Source: Balamuthia mandrillaris
Taxonomy: Eukaryota
Assembly: GCA_031835245.2 (NCBI GenBank)
Contig: JAVKOQ020000094.1
Location: 1 to 64,000 of the forward strand
DNA length: 64,000 nucleotides
Reading direction: 5' to 3'
Shown here: positions 9,811-24,200 of the stretch, in pieces
Numbering within the stretch: the stretch's first letter is position 1
Layout of the letters: each line of letters opens with the position of its first letter
Position numbers and translations under genes: made by a program
Notes under the pieces: generated by a model
What the model saw: only the letters and a program-made list of their open reading frames with translations
The model's database searches: none
What the model was told of the DNA's origin: nothing

Positions 9811-12800
9811 TCAGTCAGAAGCTTTGGTGTTTTGTGCCACCACCTCTCGCTCCATCGCCAATGCCGACTCGTGCACATAAAACAGGAGATAACATTCCCT
9901 CTCCGTTCCGAATGGAAACCCGTTTGCATCTTTGTACTATTTGTGTTTTGGATTGAGATCAGAAGCAAAAAAAAAAAGACTGGAAAGGGAAGGAAGAGAA
10001 AGAACAAGATAGGAGGAGGAAGAAGCACAAGAAGAAGGAAGGCAAACCTGTCTGACCCAAGAATCATTGTACAATTTCCACCTTTCCTCAAAGACATCAA
10101 AGGCGTGGGTGTAGTAATGGCCGGAGGAGGCTTCCGTGCCGTTATGACTGACAATGCTGCGCAGATAAAAGTTTGTGGAAAGTGGCGTTTCTCCGTTTTC
10201 TTCTCCGCTTTCTCTTCCGCTTGCCGCGGATGTTGTTGAAGTTGATGAGGTCGTCGTTTTTGTTGTTGATAATTCTTCTTGAAGCATCTTCTCTTTTCCT
10301 TTGTCATTTTGCTGTTTTGGTTTCTTCCGTGTTTGACTTTTTTGTTGCTCTTCTGCTTCGTCTTTCTCGTTTTCGTCTTGTTTCTTTTTTGTTATTGTTT
10401 TCGTTGTTGGGGTTGGCTCCTCTTTCTTTCGTTTCCTGTTATCACTTCGGGTGTTCTTCCGTGTTGTTGTTATTGTTGTTGACGGTTGTCTGTTGTGTTC
10501 TTCCCCCTCCTCTTCCTCTTCTTCCTCTTTTTTGTTGCCCTTCCTCCTTTGTGCAGTCGATTTTGCGCCTCTCTTTGCTAATCGCTTCTTCTGTTTTCTC
10601 TCTTCCTCGTTGGCTTCTTCATGCTTTTCTTCTTCTTCTTTTTCTTCTGCTGCTTTTTCTCCGTCTTCACTTAGCAGTTGAGCAGAATCTGCAAATATGA
10701 AGCCATGTTTGGGTCGTTCTTGACGTCGGGCACGTTTTCTCCTTGTTGTTGTGTTTGTCTCTTCCTCACTATCAGCATTGTCATTCTCTATTTCTTTCGC
10801 TTTTTCTTGTTTTCTTTTTGCGCCTGCTCTTGTTCTTGCTGTTGTTGCTGAAGTTTTTGTAGTTCTTCCACTGCGTGTTGTTCGTCGTGATGATGCTGTT
10901 GTTCGGGGAGATGTCTTCTTATGTTTTTTGCTGGTATTTACTTCCTCTTCTTCATCATCTACATCATCCTCCTTTTCCTTTCGGTTTGTCGGTTCCACGA
11001 TCAAGAAATCTTCTATTTCGTCTTCTGAGCTTGACAGGTTTGCAGGTGCTCCGCCTTTTAAACCACCACTCTGCGCGACTTGCAGAAGAGGATTTTTTGG
11101 TGCTGTTGTGAGGTTGGTGCTCACTTCTTTTTCCTTTTCCTTTTCTTTCTCTTTCTCCTTTTGCTGTCGGATGGCTTCAAAGATTTCTTGTTGCTGACGT
11201 GCAGCTTCGATGCTGTCTTCTCCGCCAAGCACACTCAGCGTTGGATCTTCCTCCTCAGCAAGACTGAGAGCCATTGCAAGGCGTATTTGCTCCTGTTCTT
11301 GGCGTAGTGCTTGTTCTTTTTCATACTGCCGCTTGCTTTCTTCTTGTGCCTTTTTCAGTTCTTCTTGTTCTTTCCGCGTTGCAAAAGAAATAGAAGAAGA
11401 AGTCGAAGTAGTAGAGGAAGACGACAATACGCTCTCTAGACTCAAGTCGTCATCCTCATCGCTTACCACGGCAAACGGATCGACGTCATCGAGAGTTGTT
11501 GATGTTTTTGTTGCTGAGGTATTTGCAGTTGTTGATGAGCGCAAAGGAGACGAACTATTTGCAAACAGAGAAGCACGAGAAGAGGTTGATAAAAAGGCTG
11601 AAGAAGATGAAGAAGTTGAAGAAGATGAGGAGGAGGAAGGTTCGTAAGATGAAGAAGGTTTAGCTGAAGAGGGAATGCTGTTGTCATAGGCAATATCATC
11701 AGTCGGATCAATAATATCGAGGCGATTGACATCACTGTGAAACGGTGGCTGCGTGTCTTTGTCACACATATCAGCTATTGTGGTCGCGTTTTTGTAGTGA
11801 GGATTTACGAAAAGAACAAAATAAAAAAGGAGCGCAGGGAGAGAGAAGTACTTACCCACGTTTAATATTTTGTCGATGGTAACGGGCGTGTTAAGTTTGG
11901 TGAATACAGGGGTATCGCCGATTTGTTGGAACCGCACTATCTGGAGCACAAGTACTCGTGGTAAACGCCGAAAGCTGAGCCGTTCGATGAACGTTGTGCG
12001 TTCTTGGCATTGATCACAGGTTTTCTCCACTTCTTTCTACGGCATTTTAAAAAAAGTGGCATGTATAAGAAAAATTCGCACAAGAAGAAGAATAGGAACA
12101 AGAACAAGCATACTTTTTCCTCAAGGCCAAAGTACATGCGCAACAGCGTATTTACAGAAGGTGTTTGGTCCTTGTTTTCACTCCTTTTTAAAAACAATAA
12201 GCTGTCCTGTCAGTATTTTTGTTTAAAAAAAAAAAGGAAACGGAAGCAGAACAGAGAAAGTAGATGGTTACGTACGGTGTGGGCATAGCCACCGGAATGC
12301 TTATGTATATTTGAGGGTGAGAAGTGTGATGACCGCAGCTACAACCGACTTGCTCTTGGCTAACTTGGCAGTAGTAGTTGAGTATAGAAGGACATGGCGC
12401 CTGCTCCACCTCCATCTCCTCCTCACTTTCTTCGCGTTTTTCCGTTTGTTGTTCTTGTTGTGTCGTATCTTTCGTCGTACTTTTGTTGCGCTCTTTCTCC
12501 TCTCTTTGTTCTTGTTCATCTTCTTGTTTTTTCGTCATTGCTTTTCCGCTATGTTCTATTCTGTTTTCATTGCGTGTCGTTTGTTGTTCCTTTTTCTTTT
12601 TAAGTTCTGCGTTCACTTGTTGTACGTCCGTTTCCAAAAGATCCAGAAACACTATCAAAAACTCTTGTGCATCCTTTTAAAATGGACATACAGGCTGTTA
12701 ATAAGAGAAGAAAAGAAGAGAAAGAAAAGAAGATTATACTTGTTGTCTAAATCCTCGGAACGTGGCAGAGGCTCGAGCAATGGCTTCTTTGAATCGGTCT

Positions 12801-14035
12801 GGATTGATGACGCCTTTGTGCTTCTTCACACGTAGCTGAATGATATTGAGAATGGAGCGATATATGCTGGTAGGAGGCAACGAAGAATGGACGAGGAGTG
12901 GATGGTGCAGGTCCGATACGAAACACTGCAAGTTCATTAGCGCCTGCAGCACTGCATTCATATAGCACGTGTTTCCCAAGTTTCGTAACCTTTAAAAACA
13001 AAGACAACAAAAACGAAATCGTTATCGAGAGAGAGAGAGAGAGAGAGAAAGAGCATACCCTTCTAAACGGGTTTCAGGGCTGTAAAAATATGACAATAGA
13101 CTACGTTGGCCGCTGGAGGAATAGCCGCTGGAGGATGTTCGTGCGCTTCTCGACGAACCAGCAGAAGAATAAGGCGAAGAATAGGCAGTAGAAGAAGAGG
13201 AATAGGGAGAAAAAGAAGAAGAGGAAGAGTAAGGCGAAAAAGTATCGGCAGCACTCAAGTCCAAGTAAGAGCTTGTCGGCGGCTTGTTATGCGCTCGAAT
13301 AAAGTGTGATCGTTTCACGGTGTCTCTCCGTTTGTACGTTATGGTGGAAGAAGGAGACGGAGCAGAAGAAGAAGACAAGGAAGAAGAAGAAGGATACAAG
13401 CCGGTCAAAGAGGCCAAACGACGCTCCTCGTTCAGCCGCTGCTCCTCCCTCTCTCGCTGGGCTTGCTGCCTTTGCCACTGGTCGCGGTTCAGCCTGGAGA
13501 GCGCCGCTGCGTTCAGCTCAGCAGCCGTCGTTGTCAAAGCTGAGGAAGAAGCAAAAGCAGTAGAACGGGAAGAAGCAGGAGAAGACAAAGAAGAAGAAGA
13601 AGAAGAACGAGAAGAAGTAGAACGAGAAGAAGAGGAGCGAGAAGGAGAAGAGCGAGAAGAGCGAGAAGGAGAAGAAGAGGAAGTAGTGGAGGGAGGAGGC
13701 TCTTCCTCGGTTTCTTCGATGTGGAGAGGATAGTTTTGTACATCCCACGCCTCAGCGACTTCCGCCTCGTAGCGAGCGCTACTCGTGGCCAGCTCCTCGC
13801 TCTGCCTGCGTTGTGGTGTGGAAGAGGAAGCAGAAGCAGAAGAAGAACGAGAAGGAGAGCGAGGCGAAGCGCGTAGCAAGCTCATCTGTTTGTTCTGGGA
13901 GCGTTGCAAGATCAGCGCCAAGCTTTCCTGGGAGGCCTTCTTGCCCCTCTTATTTTTTTGGGAGGCAGCAGCAGAGGCGGCGAGTTTCTGCCCAGCAGCC
14001 AGTTGGGCCTTGGCTCGTGGACTGCTTCCACTCAT
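9811..14035 (-). CDS. Ubiquitin-specific protease (peptidase C19), USP37-like with UIM-containing insertion
   Basis: Cys box GLRNLGNTCYMNAVLQAL, QQ|DAQEF, LPRVLVLQIVRF, His box SIVSHNG...SSGHYY, YNDSWV and final-exon CYLLFYVH. UIM-like EQEQIRLAMALSLAEE lies inside the catalytic domain. Confidence 0.9.
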
Positions 14036-14479
14036 TCCTCTTTTCTTTTGTTGTTGATTTGATTTAATCTCTTTTTTCTTTTTATTTTTCTTCAAAAAAT
14101 TTTGAATAAATATTTCGAAAATTTTACCAAAATGGGAAAAATTTACGTTTTTTTTTCTGACACAACACGTAAACGGAAGGAGTACATTTTTGTCCTGAAT
14201 CAGAAGCGTCACTAGCGTAGACAAATAAATTGCGGAACGGGGTCTTTGCCGTTTATTCATTCAACTGATTCGTGACGTCTCGAGGGTAGCCGCAGCGACT
14301 AGAAAGTAACGGAGAAGAAGAGAAGAGAAGCAGGGGCAGCCTGTTGGTGTGGGGAGGAGGGCTCTTCTTTCTTATCTTTTTTTTGTTTGTTTGTTTGTTT
14401 GTTTGTTCTCCTCTTCTCTCCTCCACTCTTTCTTCTTCTTTTTTTTTTTGTTGGTTCTTCTTCAACCACACAAAAAAAA

Positions 14480-14631
14480 ATGAACCTCTGGGTGACCTTC
14501 CTTCTCGTCAGCCTCGTCGGCATTCTTCTTGGCGAGCTTTTCAAAGTATATTCTCTCTTCTGCTTCTGCTTCTGCTTCCTCTTTCTTCTTCTACTTTTTT
14601 TGCCCCGTTTCATCTCTAATCTTTCATCTCT

Positions 14632-14675
<44 letters not shown>

Positions 14676-16118
14676 CTCTCTCGCCGTTACTTTCAGTACT
14701 ACGTTTTACGCCGCAACAAAAGGCTGTGCCACGTAGGAGACCCCAGCAAGACGCTGCCCGGCCCGCTGGACCACTACCTCACCCCCTGGGAGCTGCTGAA
14801 GCACATCGTGGTCTGGCACTTTAGCCTCCTCCTGGACATTCATGGCACGTGGAGCTGGGTGGTGCGCCGCTTTGGCGGCATTTGCTGCGTCTACATCCTG
14901 CATGAGCCGGTGGTGGTGGTCAGCGATCCGGCCCTCGTCAAGCAGGTCATGGTGCGCGACTGGAAGATCTTTGGCAGGCCTGTTGAGTTTTTTGACCATC
15001 TGACGCTTGTATTTATTCCTTCCTGTTCTTCTTCGTTCTTCGTTCTTATTCTTCTTGTTCTTGTTGTTCTTCCTTCTTCTTTCTTCATTCTTGGTTCTTC
15101 TTGTTCTTGTTCTTGTTCTTCTTCTTGTTCTTCTTCTTGTTCTTGCTCTTGTTCTTGTTCTTCTTGTTCTTGTTCTTGCTCTTGTTCTTCTTGTTCCTCT
15201 GCTTCGTTCTTTATTCTTATTTCTAACTGTCATTATTCTTTGTTTTATACTTGATCTTCTTCTACTATTTCTTTTTTTCGTTTGTGAAGATGGGGCCAGC
15301 AGTGAAAGGCTCTCTTCCAAGAGCAGAAGGAGATGAATGGACAACGCTACACCGCATCATGTACAAAGGCTTCAAGTACAAGTTCATCGCTCAAATGATC
15401 CCCACCATCTCCACTCTCGTTCAAGGCTTGATCGACCTTTGGACTGAAAAGATAAACGAACAAAAGAAAAAGACTAAGAATGGAGGAACGGTGGTTCAGT
15501 GCAACAGCACGATCGGTCTTCTCACTCTTGATGTAATAGGCAAAGTAGCTTTTGGCTTTGACTTCAACGCCCTTCAGGGAAGTGGACTCGTTACGCATGC
15601 TATTCGCTTCATGTCTGAGATCACCAACCCGTTTGCCTACATTCCCTATTGGCACTTGCTTCCGACTCCTGTACTTATCTCATCTGTTTCTTCTGTGCTT
15701 CTGTGCTTCTGTGCTTCTTTCTATCCTCTTATGTTCGGTTTTTACTAAGCAACAAAAACAAACAAGGGAAATCGCAGCATGATTGAAGCAATGAGAGTGT
15801 TGCAAGGAAGAGCTAGGGCAGTGTTGACTGAGCGGAAAGAGCTGATGCGCAAAGCGGAGGAAGGTGATGAGGAGGCTGCTGCCTCCATTCCAGCTGACCT
15901 TTTGAGCGTTCTTCTACAAAAGGATGAGATTACTGGACAGCGACTCGACGATCATACGGTAGCATTTATATTTCACAATGTTTTTCTCATATTTTTCTCG
16001 CGAGAAAACTGATTCTCGTTTGCAACAAAGATAACTGCTAACAGCATATTTTTCATGGTGGCTGGGCACGAAAGCACCAGCACGGCCATGTCTTGGATTT
16101 GTACGCCCAATCCCCCCG

Positions 16119-16149
<31 letters not shown>

Positions 16150-16458
16150 GTCTCTCTCGCGCGCGCGCTTCGTCTCCCCCTTCTCTCCCTCCCTTTCTCC
16201 CTTTCTCCCTTTCTCCCTTTCTCCCTTTCTCCCTTTCTCCCTTTCTCCCTTTCTCATCTCTCCCTTGTTGACACTGAAATTCTTATTTATCTACGCGTCT
16301 TTGAATTCTTTTTGAAGTGTATTTGCTTGCCTCTCATCCGAATGAGCAAGAAAAGGCAAGAGCAGAGGTAGATGAAGTGCTGGGCTCTCTTACCGAACAA
16401 CCCACTCTTAGCGATCTCCTTCGCTTGGAATATATTGAATGCGTTTGTCTTTCTCTCG

Positions 16459-16500
<42 letters not shown>

Positions 16501-17183
16501 ACTAATTCATTAAATTCAATCAAAATGAACAGGTGATAAAAGAAGGATTACGACTCTATCCTCCTGCTCCCTTCAACGTTCGCAGAGCTAGTGAAGATAC
16601 TACGCTTGGTGACTATCATATTCCGAAAGATGTATTTCTCTTTTTCCCTCTTTCTCTTTCCCTTCCGTTACCTCTCTTCTCATCACTAACGAAAACAAAA
16701 CAGACATTTGTATTTATGCCAGTGAGAGAGGTTCATCGTTGTGATGCATTTGAGGATCCCCATGAGTTTCGCCCCGAGCGGTTTCGCAACAAACCTCTTC
16801 CTGGTGCCTTCCTCCCTTTTAACATTGGCGTCCACAACTGCATTGGTAGCTAGCCCATCCCTCTTTTCTCTTGCTTTCTCTCTTTTTTTTCTCGTTCACT
16901 TTCCATCATTCTCCCTTTCTCTCTCATGCTCTTTCTCTTTTCTTTCTTCCTTTTCCTTCTCGCGTTCTCTGCGTTTCTCTATTCTTCTTTTTAACAACCT
17001 TTCTTCTTTGCCTTGTTAAAAAAAAAAGGACAAAGATTCGCGATGATAGAGATGCGAATGGTATTGAGCTCCCTCCTTCGCAACTTCGTCTTTGAGCCAG
17101 TGGAAGGCTTCAAGCCACAACTCAGCATTCACTTTATGCAGCCGAAACACGACGTTCAAGTTGCCATTCGAAAGAGAACGTAA
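14480..17183 (+). CDS. Cytochrome P450 (N-terminal TM anchor)
   Basis: Motifs LTLDVIGKVAFG, AGHESTS (I-helix), EGLR (ExxR), FRPERF and heme motif FNIGVHNCIG|QRFA; multi-exon. Confidence 0.95.
15040..15210. repeat. (TTGTTC/TTCTTC)n low-complexity tract in a P450 intron
   Basis: Visible tandem ttgttc/ttcttc units. Confidence 0.8.
16178..16256. repeat. 9-bp tandem repeat (CCCTTTCTC)n in a P450 intron
   Basis: About 7-8 direct copies of ccctttctc. Confidence 0.85.
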
Positions 17184-17229
17184 AAGAGAAAAAAAAAATG
17201 CGGTCATCTTCTTACTCCCATTATTTATT

Positions 17230-18027
17230 TTAGTTGTTGCAAAGACCTGACGCTGTTATTCGGAATGAACAACTTCTTTCACACTCCTTGTTGTTTGATG
17301 AATGGGTTTCAGAAAGGAGCAGAAGAAAGAAGAGAAAGCAACGAAGAAAGACCACAGGAGAGAACACAGAAGAAAGAAGAAAGAAGAAAGAAAAGAACGA
17401 AGAAAGAAGGACGGAAGGAATGAGAAGAAAATACCAGAATGGGAGATTTGGTTAACGTGGCCACGCGTTCATCAAGGGAGGAGAAAGAGGCTTCGAGAAA
17501 GAGTTGGGAGTGAGGAGCATAGCGCCAACGTTCTCCCAGTGCGGGTTTTATGGCCCGTGCTTCTTGTTCGGAGCCGCTCACTGTATAGTTGGTTGTCTTG
17601 TATTGTTTTGAAGTGGTTAGCAACGAACAGCAGAGTCAGAGAGAGAGAAGAAGAGGAAGCGAGAAGAGAGAGAGAGAGAGAGTGAGAGCAAATACCAAAA
17701 TGGCGAGATTGTAGTGCTGAGCCATGGCTCTAAGCTTTAATGTAATAGACTGCATCATGGAGTTCCCTTTTGTGCAACATTAACCAAGAGAAAGATAGAA
17801 GGAAAGAGAGCGAGGAAGAAGAAGGCTTAGACTCAAGAGGGGAAAAGAAGAAAAAGACGAACCAAAAGGTTGAGTTCCTAACAACGGAGACAAAACAGCG
17901 GCTAGAGAGTCGATAATTATGAGCCGCAAATTATTGGAAGAGGTTGCTCCTGGCATCGTATTTAAAGTTGGCGAAGAAGAAGAAGAAGAAGAAGAATAAG
18001 AAGAAGAAGAAGAACAAGACGCAGAAG

Positions 18028-18058
<31 letters not shown>

Positions 18059-18372
18059 GGTTGAAAATGAAGTTGGAAACGCATCAAAAGAGGATGCGGA
18101 TTGTGTTCTGTCCGAGGAAGTATCTTCCAATATAGTCAGCTGTTGGTGATTAGCATCGCTTGGAGTTTGATCAAGAACTTTAAGCAGCGTGAACACATCG
18201 ATGGCTTTGAAACATACAATATTTGACATTACTCTTACAAGCTCTTGTAGTTCGTTTTCTTCTTCCTCCTCCTCCTCTTCGTCCACTCGCTTGGGTTTAT
18301 TCTACAATGCCAGAAAAATAAAAATGAGAGGGTGAGCAAGGAGAACGAGAGAGAGCGAGCGAGAGAGCGAGC

Positions 18373-18403
<31 letters not shown>

Positions 18404-19181
18404 AGAGAAAAAACAAGAAAAACAAGAAAAAACAAAAAGCAAGAAAGAGAAAGAGAACCACTTGGGACAAAAAAAACACAGGTAAGAGAGAGGAGGAAAA
18501 CGAAACCATGGATGTTTGATAAAGCTCTTTCAACCGGTTGATAGAGAAAGAACTGGTCGTATCTACAAAGGCGACGCCATAGCCCGCTCGTGCCGCGTGC
18601 AAGGCAGCGCAAAGGCAGAGCTGCGTCTTCCCGGCGGCCGCCCGTCCATACACCTCCATCCATTGACCCAAAGCGAGTCCTCCGCCCAACAGCTCATCCA
18701 AGCTTTACGGTTGAACATAAAACGTTTAGGACGAAGAAGAGAAGAAGAAGAGAAGAGGAGAAGAGGAGGAGGGAAGAGAAGAAGAGGAGGAGAAGCAGCG
18801 AAGGAGAGAGAGAAAAGAGAAAGCAAGTACGTAGAGCAGCCGGTCGTGAGAGTGAGGGTGGTGTTGGGGCGGTTCAAGTAGTCCATGTACATGTCGCTCG
18901 CCCGCTGAGGCACAGCGGCATAGATCTTACTCACGGTTCCTATCAAGTCTTTCAACTCCTTCACAAACAAAACAAAACAAAAGAAAACAAATCATTTGAA
19001 TAAAAACAAACAAACGAAATCGAACCAAAATCATAGAATAATTTAAAACCTCGCGATTGATGTTGGAACGATTCGCCAGATGCTGAGGATTCGACGAGAG
19101 CAACGCTTCCACCGTTCGTATGTTGAGTTTCGTGAGCTCTCTGCTCAGTTGTTTAGACATGGGCATCGTTCGCAACGCCAT
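17230..19181 (-). CDS. RAD51D: RAD51 paralogue, RAD51D-like
   Basis: LTTGCST|LDELLGGGL, Walker A GRAAAGKTQLC, VAFVDTTSSFS, Walker B LIIIDSLAAVLSPLLG, KPALGERW and final FRITASG. Confidence 0.8.
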
Positions 19182-19693
19182 TTTCCGTTTAGTCCTTGTT
19201 CCTTTCTTTTTGCTCTCTTTTATTGCATTTTTTTCTTCGAATTTTTTCTGCCCCGAATTCTCTCCCATCCTCTCTCCTGTCCTCTCTGCTTGTTATTGCA
19301 GGGACATCGCCTCTCTCCTATCCTCTGGTAAACATCTGGGCTCTCTCAAGTCCACCTATGTAATCTCGTGTCTTATCTCAGTTTCGGGCGAGTGTCGACA
19401 ACATTAAATTTTCTAGAGATCTCATGTCCGCCCCGCTATTTTATCGCGGAGTATCATGTCCTGGCTCGCGTCCTGTCCCTTCGGGCAAATAAAATAATTG
19501 TTAATTCCGACGAGTAAAAAAATTATCCAAAACGAAAAAAACAAAAAAGAAAAAGAAAGACGCAAAAAGAAGAAAGAAGTCCGCCCCTTCCCACCCCAAA
19601 CAAACTTAACAAAGAAAGCTTACCAGCTGCTTCCTTTTTTCCTCTCTCTTCTCTCCTTTTTCTTTTTTTTTCGGTTCTCCAGAAATGAAAAAA

Positions 19694-19900
19694 ATGGGGA
19701 AAAGCAAACGAGAAAGAAAGAGAGAAGAGAAAAAGCAGCTGCAGCAACACGCGCAAGGGATAGCCTCCTCCGACAAGCCCAACCGCTCCTACAAGCTGGG
19801 CCAGCTGTGGATCGAGAACGTCAACAAGAAGTTCAAGAGTCGCTTCTGTTTGTTGACCGATGCTGGCTTGGAATATTACGAAAAACAAGAGGTTACCTCT

Positions 19901-19936
<36 letters not shown>

Positions 19937-20695
19937 GCTCTTTCTCACTCTTGCTTGAACTTTTTTGTCCAATAAAAAGGACACAATTGAGCATAAGTTG
20001 AAAGGCGTTATTCCTCACCTAAAAGAATGCGGCATCGACGTCCGAGTGACCGACAAGCGCCAACCCTTTTGCTTTGCTCTCTACATGCCACCGCGCGAGC
20101 CTTCTTCCGCTTCGTCTGCCTCTTTGCCTCTGCCCCTTTCTTCCTTTGCCGACAGACGTCGCTCCTCGCTCTCCTCCTCGGCGCCGACCTCCACCAGCGC
20201 TGACAACCTTCGATCGTCTCTGCTCTCTGCCTCTTCCTCCGCCTCTTCCTCCACAGCGACCGCCATCGCCGCTGCCACTGCCGCTGTCATCGTCTCCTCT
20301 TCTCCTTCTCCTTCTTCTCTTGCTGGCGCTTCTGCCTCCGGAGCAGTCAACATTGTACACAATATCTCAGCCTCGTCTTCTTTATCCTCAAGCCCTTCTC
20401 CCTCTTCCTCCTCTTCCTTTCAAAGTGGGGTTGCGGTTGGAAGTGGGAGTAGTTCGCCTGGTCGACACTCCTCTTCTTCTTCGGATGTATCATGGAGATA
20501 TTTGTTGGCGACAGAGACGGAACAAGAAAAGACCAATTGGGTGCAGGAGATACTGAAGCTGAGGGACCTCACTGGCATCATCGAGCTGCTCGGCCATGAC
20601 AGCCTTGACTTTTATGCGGCCTTTGCTCTCGCCAACATCTCTGCTGGTCGCAATGGTTTGGCTTTTATGCTTCCTATCTGTTCTCTCAATTTGTT

Positions 20696-20739
<44 letters not shown>

Positions 20740-21231
20740 GTCTTCTCGTTCTCAGGTTCTCTGCTTCAGTCTCTTCTCATTTTTTATTTGATACTTGTTC
20801 ACAAACATATCCAAACGATAACACAGTGGAGAAGAAGAGAAAGATTGTGCAACAAGGAGGACACGTGAAGCTGCTCGCCTTCCTCTTGAACTCCACCGAC
20901 CAGCAAATCAACTCGGCCATACTCTATGCCTTTTCCCAACTGGCCACCGTGGAGGAAAACAAGGACGAGATCGCAAGGACAAACCTTCCCGCCCTTCGCA
21001 CTCTCTTTTGCGACGAACAGACTCCTATCTTTGTAAAGGACTCTATTGTACCGACCTTTGCCTACTGCTCCTCCACAATTCTTGGCAGAAAGTTTATTCG
21101 AGGGTTGCGCCTGTTGCCGATGCTTTGCCAGCAGCTCACGGAGAAGGCAGTCGCAGCTACCAGCGTCAAGTATCAGAAATATGCACTCTTGACTCTTGCT
21201 AACTGTGCTAAGAATCGTAATTATCTCGCTT

Positions 21232-21275
<44 letters not shown>

Positions 21276-24200
21276 TGTACTCACTTTTATTTCTCTTTCA
21301 CTAATTCTCCTCTCTCATTCACTCATTCTCTCTTCTGTTCAATGACCCACAGGAGCATGCGCGAAGGAGATAGCTCCATATGTGCAAGAGTGCCTTCACT
21401 TTGTGGCTAACGACAAAGCGAGTAAAGAAGATGCTGACCAGCTCGCCGAGTACACGTTTCTTTTGCTGGCCAACTGCTGCTCTCACAAGCTTAGCTCTTC
21501 CACTGCTGCTTCTTCTTCTCGCGCCTCTTCCTCTTCTTCCGATGTGGCAGCGTTGCACCTTCGACTCGCTGCTGAGATTCAGCAATACCTGTCAACTTGG
21601 TTACTCTCCGCCACTCATGCCTCTGAAAATATGAAAGCTCACATTGTACATCTTTGCTCTGTCCTGTCTTACCAAGGTATGTCTCTTCCCGCTTGTTCCT
21701 GTTCTCTTTAGTCTTCTTACTCTCTTTGACCTTCTCTTTTCTCTAACCAACAACTTATGTGCCAATTCCTATAGAGGTGGTAAGGAAAGGAATACAGTCT
21801 GACAAAGAGGTTCATAGGTGCCTCTTTGCCAGCCTTCATTCCCAAAACCGGGATCGTGTGTACTATGCCCTTGTTCTCCTTCATGTGCTTGTTGACTCAG
21901 AGGGTCTCCTTCCTGCCACCATTCTCTCCCCTGCTCTCCTCTGCTCTCCTCTATCTTCTTTCTTCTTTAAATGCTTGTTGTTGACATGTAGATTCTCTGC
22001 AGAGTTTTGCGAGCAGCATTTCTTTGCTAAAACGAAGCCAGAAGAAGGAGCCGAAGCAGCCACTGCATCCTCTTCTTCTGTTCTCAGAACACCGCGCGAG
22101 GCGCGACGACAGCTTCCCAAATGGGAAACACTCCTCTCCTTCCTCTCCCACGAGGACCAACGCATCCGCAGACAGGCCGTCTCCTTGCTGTCCCTCCTCT
22201 GTCAGACATCCTCCACAAAGGTTTCCTCTCTGCTCTCCAGAGATCGCAACTCGCTGCATCTCGTCCTGCACCTCTTTCAACAGGCTCTCTCTCTTCACTT
22301 TATCCAAGACTTGGAGGAGCACGAAGATGCAGGCGAGGAAGAGCAAAGCTCGAGCAAAAGCAGCGGCAAAGTCAAAGAGGTCAACTTGGATGGAAGATTA
22401 TCGGAGGAGAGCCTAAAGACCATGGCAGAGAGTGCTGCCAAGTCCGTGCTCTCACTCAACCTCCAAACGGCGGCGCACTGTCTTGCCATCTTTGCCATCT
22501 GCTCCTCTTCCTCGAAAGGCAGAGCGGTTCGGATGGAGATGTGCCGCAACCTGATGGACAAGCACATCACGCCAACTCTCTTTCTCGAGCCTGTTGTCGG
22601 AACGACAGAACAGCCGCAAAGAAAACGACGCAGTTCACCTCAAACGGAGGCAGCAGCAACGACGATGTTTCGAGTTGGAGAGGAAGGCCTTAGGTGGCTT
22701 CAGCAGAGGATAGAACAAAGGTTGAAGATGGGGTATACGGAAGATAGCAACGAGGAAGACTGTGCTGCGGAGGCTGATTGCGAAGAGCAGTTCTTTTGCG
22801 AGGAAGCAACGGAGGAAGAAGGGGCGGCTATGACGGACGACCGAAGGGATGAGGATCGCGATGAGCCCTCGGAAGCGGAGGAAGACGAAGAGGAAGAGGA
22901 TCCTCTTTTGATGAAGAGAAAGGATGATTGGGACATGGAAGGAGAAAGAAAGAAGATGGAGGAACTCGAAAAAGAAGAAACGAGGTTTCTTAGTGCCATT
23001 CAAATCATTGCCGCAATGTTGCGATGTACACCGTCATCTCCTTCGTCATCGTCGTCTTCATCATCATCTCTGGAGAAAAAAGCAACATCGAGCAAGAAGA
23101 AGAAGAAGAGGAGAAAAGGTTCTTCTCCTCAGAGGGAGGAAAAGGGCTCTTCTTTGATCGATGTTAGCACAGATGTGGACTCGGTGGCGACTCTTAACTC
23201 CATTCTGACTATTCTTCGCAACTGTTCTGCTCACGGTAGCTTTTGCTTTCTCTCTTCGCTCCTTTCTCCTTCTCTTCTCTTACGTTTGTTAATGGTGGGA
23301 CTATAAAATAGGGCATGGCAAAGTGATCATGGGGAAGTACGAACTGTTGCAGCCGCTTATTCCTATCGTTGAGAACAGCAGTAGTCATCCTCTCTCCGTT
23401 ACACTGGCAACTGAAATCATAGCCAACTGCACAGCTGAAGGTATTATCCGTACCCTCCTCTTGTTCTTCATTCTGACTTCTAACAATATGAACACATCGG
23501 GTTAATGTCAAACAGAGCTGAATAGAAGATGGCTCACGAAAGCACAGCAGCCTCCCATTGTCAAGACATTGGTTTCTCTTCTTGCAACGAACAAAGAGAG
23601 TCCTCTAGTGCCAGAAATGGCAAAGGCTCATCTTGCACGAGCTATCGCCAATCTCTCCACGCTTGGTGCTCTTCTTCTTTCTTCTTCTTCCGGTTTGTTT
23701 TTGTGCTAACTTGCTCTGCATAAGCAGAAAACAATGCATTGCAAGAGGCAGGAGTGATTCAAGTATTGGTAGATGCGTTACAGCAACTCCCGTCGTCAAT
23801 CCAGCCCGAGTCTCAGTCTCAGTCTGGGTCCAACGCCAAACCAGACGTCTCCGAACAACAACGAAGCCTTCGGTCTTTGCCGCTCCTGCACAACGTGGCT
23901 TGGGCTTTATCCAATTGCTCCGCTTCAGGTTCGTTTCAGCTTTGTGTTGTTTGTTTTAAAAACCACAATAACAATAAACCACAGATGAAATGATGGAAGA
24001 GCTTTTGCAGGCGGATGCTCAGATCACAGAGCACACGAAGCAAGAGGGTGGGGTGCTGCTTGCCATCGAGAAGGCACTGCAAATGGTGTTGCAAATGGAC
24101 CGCAAGTATGCTTCGCCGCTCACCACCGCCACCATCACGTTTCTCCTTCAAACTGCGACCAATTGTTTAGCCCTTCCTTGTAAGTTTCTTCTTCTTTCTT